Below are positions 57,409 through 64,000 of a stretch of DNA of 64,000 bases, in pieces; position 1 is the stretch's first letter, and the number at the start of each line of letters is the position of its first letter. The stretch is from the IMG/VR virus record IMGVR_UViG_3300008624_000002; one strand, 5' to 3'. Origin of the DNA: an uncultured virus (IMG/VR IMGVR_UViG_3300008624_000002) (taxonomy: Duplodnaviria > Heunggongvirae > Uroviricota > Caudoviricetes). The translations under genes and the position numbers were made by a program. The notes under the pieces are model-generated. The model was not told the DNA's origin. It ran no database searches and worked only from the letters and a program-made list of their open reading frames with translations.

Positions 57409-58771
57409 TTACGAATTCACCACTTTCTTGGAGACTAGAAATCAAATCTTCTGTCTGCTGTTTGAAACTCTCAATCATTTTTGTTTTAGTTAATGATGTA
57501 GGAACATCAAAGTTTAATGTTTCTGCTTCAGCATGAATTGTTTTCTTTGTCATACCCTTCAACTCAGATTCAGTAGGTATGGTTACTTCGTCATACTCTT
57601 CTTCTGTCTCACCTGGATAGTCTTCCGTTTCAGCGAAAGTCTTGACATCTCCTGGCAATTGACTAGCAGTAATAACTGGTGCAGAAGGTGAAGGTGTTTC
57701 TTCAACTTCTCTTTCTTCTATGTAAACACCATCTGCAAGTTCAGTTCTATTAGAAGTCTTCTCTACTTCTTCAACAGTTTTCAAAAACTCTTCTGTGCCT
57801 TTAGCATCTTCTGGAACATCTAGAACATGTTCTCTTTCTTCGACTTGTTGTGCTTGTTCTTCGTTCCATTCTTCAAAAGTTTTTCTTTCTTTATCTTCAT
57901 TGTCGGCCCAATCGTGAGTTTCTTGAAACAGTTGTGTAGTTTCAGATTGTGATGCTTCTATACGAGGAGACTCAGTTGTTGGAGAACCATTTGCATCATA
58001 TCCGTAGTCTTCTTGATATTCGTGAGACCAATCAGTTTCTTCAAGTTCTTCAATCATTTCTTGTGCGGCTGCCATCTGCTCATCTGTTGGAGTAGGTGGT
58101 TCTTCTGTTTCTGCTTCAGGAACTTCTGGTTCTGGATTTAACATTCTTGCCATTTGAAATGCACGAGAAGGTTCTTTTGGTTCTACTGGTTCTACTGGTT
58201 GTGCAAGTGCTGTTTGTTGTATCTCAGCAATATTATCTTTCTCTACTGAAACAATGTTATCAACTTGTTCTTGTTCTTCAGCAGTAAGTTCATCTGCGAC
58301 TTGTCCTTCTGCAAGACCAATAACACCATCTGCATTTAAGTCCATAGATATACCATGTGATACAAGAACAGCTTCAACTTGTGCAAGTCTACTCTCTGCA
58401 TCTTTTCTTCTTTGTCTTTCGGTATCTCTAGCATCAACGATTGCCGTTATTTTTGCTTCTTCTAGAGCAATTTTCTCGGCAGCATCTTGTTCTGCGAGTT
58501 CAGCTAATCTGCGTTGTGCGTTTTCTAATTGCGTTCTATATTCAATGCTTGATTTGTTTATATCGTCTCTTAATAAAATAAGAGCGTCTAGGTCGCCTGG
58601 TTTGGTTTGACCACTAGCGAGTTGTTGGTTCAACATGACCTCTATAACTCCTAATGATTGTGGATTAAGTTGTGCTTTGTAATCCGTTATGCGTTTACGG
58701 ATTCTATCGGATTCAGATAGGACTTCTTCCGTCACCCTTTGTTCTGCGAATGTTTTAGGTTCGTCTGCCAT
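57329..58771 (-). CDS. Acidic coiled-coil/disordered protein
   Basis: 480 aa, very Glu-rich; C-terminal L..MTK..I...A small helical motif. Confidence 0.6.
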   Translation of the reverse strand: MADEPKTFAEQRVTEEVLSESDRIRKRITDYKAQLNPQSLGVIEVMLNQQLASGQTKPGDLDALILLRDDINKSSIEYRTQLENAQRRLAELAEQDAAEKIALEEAKITAIVDARDTERQRRKDAESRLAQVEAVLVSHGISMDLNADGVIGLAEGQVADELTAEEQEQVDNIVSVEKDNIAEIQQTALAQPVEPVEPKEPSRAFQMARMLNPEPEVPEAETEEPPTPTDEQMAAAQEMIEELEETDWSHEYQEDYGYDANGSPTTESPRIEASQSETTQLFQETHDWADNEDKERKTFEEWNEEQAQQVEEREHVLDVPEDAKGTEEFLKTVEEVEKTSNRTELADGVYIEEREVEETPSPSAPVITASQLPGDVKTFAETEDYPGETEEEYDEVTIPTESELKGMTKKTIHAEAETLNFDVPTSLTKTKMIESFKQQTEDLISSLQESGEFVSAETTDTKDSDDDDGDTDNIQDGGYF

Positions 58772-58874
58772 AATTAAACTCCATGGAGTCCGACTCGACT
58801 AGAAGTATGTATATCGGAAGTCTCATACTTCCCTAAATCTATATCTATAGTCTCTGCGGACATATTATATTTAT

Positions 58875-59393
58875 CTAAAAGTTCACATTAGGAAAGGCCT
58901 TTTTAGCAATTTCCTTTGTGATGTTTTTGAACGGCCAAACTTTATCTTTGACTAGTTCCATTAATTCTGCTTCTTTAGCAGGGATACCTTCCAACAATTC
59001 GATCCACATTGTTTCTCTTCTCAATGCAGGAATCTCATTAGTACAAAAGTATTTAAACTTCCTATGTTCAAACCTTAATGCACTTTCTGACAAGTCACTT
59101 GCAGGTGCATCGTTAGGTTTGTAAGGCGTTTTGCCTTTTGGTAGTTTAGAAGTTATTCTGTCGCTGAATGCCCACATCAATACTTTCTCAACAGCGCCAT
59201 TAGTTTGAGCAAATGTCATAAGTCCATTAACGGCATTATCTTCATTCTCTTGTGCAACTAAATCTGCTTGGCAAAGTATCTCATAGACATCTGCGTTTTT
59301 AGGAAGTCTTACTCTTTCTTGAATAAGTTCCATCTTAGGTTTATTTGGGGCGCCCTTTGGACGACCTCTTCCCCTTTTTGTTTCATCGTTCAT
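58875..59393 (-). CDS. Conserved T4-like hypothetical protein with an N-terminal AT-hook-like motif
   Basis: KRGRGRPKG; LP.G.TPY; RRETMWI.LLEG....EA. Confidence 0.65.
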   Translation of the reverse strand: MNDETKRGRGRPKGAPNKPKMELIQERVRLPKNADVYEILCQADLVAQENEDNAVNGLMTFAQTNGAVEKVLMWAFSDRITSKLPKGKTPYKPNDAPASDLSESALRFEHRKFKYFCTNEIPALRRETMWIELLEGIPAKEAELMELVKDKVWPFKNITKEIAKKAFPNVNF

Positions 59394-60232
59394 AACGAAA
59401 AATCTCCAATGTTATCCATCAACTGATTAAGTCTTTGGTTGCGTAAGTAGTCAAAGACTTTACCTCTGACTGGTTCGACTTGTTGATATTCACTAAGAAT
59501 TGCATCATTTATTCTTTCTGGTATCATTTCAAAATCAATTAATGTTTGATTTCTTAAATAGTTTCTATAGTATTTATCATCGTTTTCAATAGTAATCCTG
59601 AGATACTTCTCTAGAATTTGTTTACGCATCGGCGTCTGTCTAATGCCTGCATCTAAACAATCATCATTAGATAATATATTAGGTATGCCATCCGACTTAT
59701 CTCCTTTGAGTATATGTTCTTTTAAAAACATTTCAGCATCCGGACAATCAACAATCTTATTCAAATTAGGAGACCATTGTCTAACATAATCATACTTATG
59801 CAACTGTTGAAAGTCTTTGTCACCAGATACGATTAATACATCTTCACCTTCTGGTGCGTGTTTAACTAACACTGCAATGATATCATCTGCCTCACATTCA
59901 TTAACATACATATATTTATAGGGGAAATTTTCTTTGATTTCCATTTTAACTTTATGCAATGTATCGAATATTAATTGCCAATCTTTATCGTCTGCTTCTC
60001 TAGCTTTCTTTCTATTTGCCTTATACAATGGAAAGAATTGTTTACGCCAAGAGTTAGCCGCATCTGTGCAAAGAACTATCTGACCATAATCTGGTCCATA
60101 TCTTCTCTGATAGTTTCTTATTGAATTTAGAATCATATGCCTAAGCATATTTTCATTTATCTCACCATCATTATGTTTAAGTTGGGCCATAAGACCTGCA
60201 ATGACAGTTTGTGTGAAATCTATTAAAATCAT
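59390..60232 (-). CDS. rnh: T4-type RNase H / 5'-3' exonuclease
   Basis: MILIDF.Q; WRK..F..YKA.R; EADDII; SGDKDF.QL; GDKSDGIPN; RN..LIDF. Confidence 0.92.
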   Translation of the reverse strand: MILIDFTQTVIAGLMAQLKHNDGEINENMLRHMILNSIRNYQRRYGPDYGQIVLCTDAANSWRKQFFPLYKANRKKAREADDKDWQLIFDTLHKVKMEIKENFPYKYMYVNECEADDIIAVLVKHAPEGEDVLIVSGDKDFQQLHKYDYVRQWSPNLNKIVDCPDAEMFLKEHILKGDKSDGIPNILSNDDCLDAGIRQTPMRKQILEKYLRITIENDDKYYRNYLRNQTLIDFEMIPERINDAILSEYQQVEPVRGKVFDYLRNQRLNQLMDNIGDFSL

Positions 60233-60238
60233 GTTACC

Positions 60239-60267
60239 ATGGTACTATATAACTGTTTAAAAGTCTA
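60239..60267 (-). promoter_or_regulatory. Sigma70-like promoter TAGACT-N17-TACCAT
   Basis: Third copy of TAGTACCATGG; ATG 6 nt after the -10 box. Confidence 0.6.
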
Positions 60268-60274
60268 GGTGGTT

Positions 60275-60949
60275 TTATTCTCCAACTATACTTACATTAC
60301 CTGCGACACTCACTCGAACACAATTTGGCATGTAGTGTGCATACACCGTATGTCTTAACCAAGAAGGAAATATAATAATATCTCTTCTGTTCGGAACAAA
60401 TAGATAGTTGTTCCAATTCATCCAATTGGGTTCACCGTATTGCAATTCTATTAGGCCTGCAAGTTTTCTATTCTCCTGAAGCGCCTGATGATTGTTGTGA
60501 GGCGAATCGTATTCGTTATCTTGTATCTCTTCTAAACTATATTTAGCCAAATCATTTCTACAATAAACTACGAAAGAAAAATGACCAGTGTGTTGGTGTG
60601 GTGGATTATATTCTCTTGGTTCTTGAATGTTAGACCAGATAGCATCTAATGTCATACTAGGAGATTTAATCATATCGCCACCCAAATTACGACCTCCTAT
60701 TGCGTGTTCATGGTATCGCATACAATGTTTTATAATATGATATTCTAAATCATCGGAGATAAGTGTTTCTAAACTACTCTGTTTCGCAATTCTTCCTGCA
60801 AGTAAACCACTCGCATCAAATTCTATTTTACCACCAGCCTCTTCAATAAGTTTATCGAGTTCGTCTACTGCTTCTTCTGAAACCTGATCCATATAGACTG
60901 GAGGTCCAAAAGGATACATGACTGGATATTCATTCAGATATTCCATCAA
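60275..60949 (-). CDS. Putative 2OG-Fe(II) oxygenase (TIGR02466-like)
   Basis: W.N.Q...EYNPPH.H; SFVVY; IIFPSWL.H.V; R.SVAGN. Confidence 0.85.
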   Translation of the reverse strand: MMEYLNEYPVMYPFGPPVYMDQVSEEAVDELDKLIEEAGGKIEFDASGLLAGRIAKQSSLETLISDDLEYHIIKHCMRYHEHAIGGRNLGGDMIKSPSMTLDAIWSNIQEPREYNPPHQHTGHFSFVVYCRNDLAKYSLEEIQDNEYDSPHNNHQALQENRKLAGLIELQYGEPNWMNWNNYLFVPNRRDIIIFPSWLRHTVYAHYMPNCVRVSVAGNVSIVGE

Positions 60950-61146
60950 ATTTCTCCTTCGCTTCTTTCTTAAGTCTCTCGGTGTGAATATGTCGAGAGT
61001 GTTGTATTCTTTTCTTCTTAAAATCTTTGTTGAATCTTTTATTTGTTATAGCCATTATTTTTTTCTTTCATGCCAACGACCAATATAGTATGAAACTATA
61101 CTCACTACTACAAAGTTCATTAACATATAAATTGTATACCATTCCA

Positions 61147-61551
61147 TTATTTTTTCTCCCAAACTGTACCTATTCTCCAATCACCTTCAACCCATTCTCC
61201 AACACTATCAACCTCCCGAACAAAGCCATGCAACTTAATAAAGTAATCTGCATCGACTACGACTAAAGGTTTCTTGTGATTCTTTTTGATTACGACTAAA
61301 GGTTCATGTTTGCCACAGTTTGCCTCCGATTGTTCGTATGCGGCCCACACATTAACCTTCTCTTGATTTTTACATTCGACTGAATAGGGAAAGACTTCCC
61401 TTGATTGAACACCCATGATAACATCTTCACCAGATGAACCCATAGGTCTGGATTCTAAGTCGTCTGGATTTAAGTCCAGATGTTCTACTAATTTAGAAAC
61501 AACCCACTTCTGGAGATTTCTTCCTTTAGCTTTCGCTGACGATGTCTTCAT
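61147..61551 (-). CDS. PD-(D/E)XK nuclease, Holliday-junction-resolvase-like
   Basis: SAKAKGR.LQ; MG..GED; SVECKNQE. Confidence 0.75.
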   Translation of the reverse strand: MKTSSAKAKGRNLQKWVVSKLVEHLDLNPDDLESRPMGSSGEDVIMGVQSREVFPYSVECKNQEKVNVWAAYEQSEANCGKHEPLVVIKKNHKKPLVVVDADYFIKLHGFVREVDSVGEWVEGDWRIGTVWEKK

Positions 61552-61852
61552 TAAAATTCACACTCACTCCACAGCCACATGCTGTAGTTTCATTTGGATT
61601 AAGTATTTTAAAAAACTCATTTAATCCTTCTTTAACATAATCTACTGTCACATCTTTTAAGTAAGGTTGAGATATCTTATCTACGAGAAACGAGAATCGA
61701 CCATAGTCAAATACTTCGTCACCTGGTCTTAATATATCTTCTGCAAAGATGTATTCATATCCTGCACACCCACCACCTGTGACACCCAATCTTATCTTGT
61801 CAACATTTCTTTCTATTAGTTTTGTAATTGCGTTGTCTGTGACTTCTACCAT
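61526..61852 (-). CDS. iscA: IscA/HesB Fe-S cluster assembly protein
   Basis: GGGCAG..Y; NPN....CGCG.S. Confidence 0.9.
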   Translation of the reverse strand: MVEVTDNAITKLIERNVDKIRLGVTGGGCAGYEYIFAEDILRPGDEVFDYGRFSFLVDKISQPYLKDVTVDYVKEGLNEFFKILNPNETTACGCGVSVNFNEDIVSES

Positions 61853-61856
61853 ATGG

Positions 61857-62462
61857 TTATTTATCATGCAAAAGTTTTGATTTATCTCTTATACAGTCAT
61901 AAGGGATTGCAAACTCTTGGTCTTCTGGAACATATAGGTAATTAATATGAGAACGATTACAAGTATCAATCGCATCAAATATATTCTCGACAATGGCTTC
62001 ACCACCTAAATTAAAAGATGTGTTGAATAATATGGGAACGCCAGTGCGTTCATAGAACCCTTTAATTAAATTATAATAGTTCTTGTTCTGTTCTTCTGTC
62101 ACTGTCTGCATACGACAGGTGTTGTCTGCATGAACTAATGCAGGTATGTCTTTGTGTGCTTTCTCTTTACATTGAATTGCAAATGACATCCAAGGTGATT
62201 CTGGTAATTGCAACATCTCAAAATATTCGTGTGCATGTTCTAACATTACAGTACAGGCGAAAGGTCGATAAGACTCTCTCATCTTAACTGAATTGACTAT
62301 AGACTTGGCACCTGGATTTCTAGGGTCAAATAATATAGAACGATTCCCTAATGCTCTTGGTCCCCATTCGGAATGATTTTGAAAGATTGCAACAATCTGT
62401 TCGTTGTCAATGAGTTGGTCGAGACATTCATCCTGTTCTCTTATTATTTCACTAACTTTCAT
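61857..62462 (-). CDS. Carbamoyltransferase, C-terminal domain (NodU/CmcH family)
   Basis: E.GPRALGNRSIL; KMRE.YRPFA; H.D.TCR.QTV; NTSFN..GE. Confidence 0.88.
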   Translation of the reverse strand: MKVSEIIREQDECLDQLIDNEQIVAIFQNHSEWGPRALGNRSILFDPRNPGAKSIVNSVKMRESYRPFACTVMLEHAHEYFEMLQLPESPWMSFAIQCKEKAHKDIPALVHADNTCRMQTVTEEQNKNYYNLIKGFYERTGVPILFNTSFNLGGEAIVENIFDAIDTCNRSHINYLYVPEDQEFAIPYDCIRDKSKLLHDK

Positions 62463-63639
62463 TTTGAATATTTCTCCAATAGTCTAATGCACACCCGACT
62501 GCTGTACCACCATCGTGTGGTATAGGGTCAACAAAGAATTGATGTTCAGGAAATGCTTGTAGATATTTGTAGTTGTTCGTACAGTTTAAAGAATACCCTC
62601 CAGATAGAACAATGTTCTTGCAATCTGGAATCATATCGACTGCCTTCTGTATGACCTGCGTTGCGTGGAACAATGAATCGTGTTCGAGACGATTGGCTGT
62701 TGTGTGTTTAGACCAGACATTCTGTACGACTTTACCGTAAGACGCCATACCCATAACCTTACCTGCAGCTCTGCCTTGGTCATCACACCCGAGTGCGTAA
62801 GACATATTACTAAAGTTCATACCCATACTAGGCATAGAAGTAAACACTGACTCGACACCATCGATGATATGTGTTTCGTCTTCATAACAAACACAAGAGT
62901 CTTCACCCCAATTCTCAAAGAGGCGCATCGACAAGTCATTGACCAATCGATGATTTGAATAGCGTTTGTATAATGGGCGAATCGGTGTCGCATCGTCTTT
63001 CTTATAATGCCAGATACATTCTATTTCTTGATAGTTAGGCCACTCATCAAAGTGACTCATGAACCCTCCACCATCCCATGTAATCACAATGGCTTCGTCA
63101 TAAGGGCTTAAGTGTGAACCACACACTGCATGGAAGTAATGGTGTTCTTGTTTAAAGTCATACTTTTCAACTTGACATTGTTCGGCCAGTGCCTGATTAA
63201 TCAAGTCGTCTTCATTCCTGTGTTCACTATTCGCAAGCGATGTGATGATGTCGAAGTCTTTTATGTCGTTTGGATATTTGTCTCTGATTTCTAGAAGTCT
63301 CGCCATACTCAATTGTTGTGCTGAGAAGTCTTTAATCATCTCTCCTTGCAAGATACGATCCTTATAGACTCTCTTACTCACATTAATATTAAACGCTCTC
63401 CTATCGAAACTGGCGAATGCCAGATAGTCAGGTTTGTGGAGTTGTTTGTGGTCGATACACAATAGACCGAAAGAATCCCACTCTTCTTCCACCGATGTGA
63501 CTCTATCGGAGGGTGACCAGTATTTACTTCTGCGACTGCGTTCTTCTTCGAAGACATCAACGAGTTCTCCGTCTTCTAAGACGGCGACTGCTGTGTCGTG
63601 AGATGTGTTGATTCCGAGGACTGTTTTCACTTCACTCAT
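62452..63639 (-). CDS. Carbamoyltransferase, N-terminal (Kae1-like) domain
   Basis: HD...A; EEER; HH..HA; DGGG; GKVMGMA.YG; SGG..LNC; D.G.A.G. Confidence 0.88.
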   Translation of the reverse strand: MSEVKTVLGINTSHDTAVAVLEDGELVDVFEEERSRRSKYWSPSDRVTSVEEEWDSFGLLCIDHKQLHKPDYLAFASFDRRAFNINVSKRVYKDRILQGEMIKDFSAQQLSMARLLEIRDKYPNDIKDFDIITSLANSEHRNEDDLINQALAEQCQVEKYDFKQEHHYFHAVCGSHLSPYDEAIVITWDGGGFMSHFDEWPNYQEIECIWHYKKDDATPIRPLYKRYSNHRLVNDLSMRLFENWGEDSCVCYEDETHIIDGVESVFTSMPSMGMNFSNMSYALGCDDQGRAAGKVMGMASYGKVVQNVWSKHTTANRLEHDSLFHATQVIQKAVDMIPDCKNIVLSGGYSLNCTNNYKYLQAFPEHQFFVDPIPHDGGTAVGCALDYWRNIQNES

Positions 63640-63653
63640 AATATAATTTTACC

Positions 63654-63827
63654 TCATGGATTTATATATTCTTTTTCCAGTTGTTCAGTCGTCACCAGTT
63701 TACGCTCTAACATATCGAACACCATATCTCGTTGTCCTTTTTCTCTGCCGTCTTTCTGGCCCCATAAGAATGAAACTGTTGACATGACTGTGATGAACAC
63801 CACATGTATTAATAGTAATGTTTCCAT
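63654..63827 (-). CDS. Small membrane protein (57 aa)
   Basis: Hydrophobic N-terminus METLLLIHVVFITVMSTVSFLWG; TAAATA 5 nt upstream. Confidence 0.5.
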   Translation of the reverse strand: METLLLIHVVFITVMSTVSFLWGQKDGREKGQRDMVFDMLERKLVTTEQLEKEYINP

Positions 63828-64000
63828 GTTAGTATTTAGTCACGATAAAAAGGCCAGCGAATTTTAAATGGAAGTTTCCAATTCACATTGTAGCGAATCT
63901 TCTCTGTCCAGAACCAATGTATGGTCATCGCTAAGACGAACCACATACCGATACTGAATAACCATTTGAATGTCCAGCCTAATACTGTGTAGGGTAATAA

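Overview
An AT-rich, gene-dense 64 kb segment of a large T4-like (myovirus) phage genome, probably aquatic or marine. From left to right it holds: a late-promoter cassette of modification enzymes (glycosyltransferase, 2OG-Fe(II) oxygenases); a long tail-fibre cluster; the baseplate/tail module (DUF4815/VrlC-like, gp8, gp7, gp6, gp25, gp5, gp53, gp48, gp4, gp2, gp54-like, gp26, gp51, tape measure); a HAD/KdsB sugar-activation insert; ribosomal protein bS21; gp32/gp59/gp33; and an early accessory region (prolyl hydroxylase, exonuclease, SleB, radical SAM, RNase H, IscA, split carbamoyltransferase). The main observation is two pairs of adjacent Pro-repeat genes (6663-5038 with 5038-4034, and 16132-14864 with 14851-14006). 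In each pair the series of repeat-unit lengths in one protein is the exact mirror image of the series in the other (312 and 218 residues), and PNIRxAQE-type units face PFTYxHRS-type units. I infer antiparallel heterodimeric protein zippers built on a unit-level complementarity code, one tipped by a Hint autoprocessing domain. Also seen: a likely -1 frameshift joining gp26 to gp51, many apparently leaderless genes and several structured RNA leaders. All product calls come from motif recognition by eye; no database searches were run.
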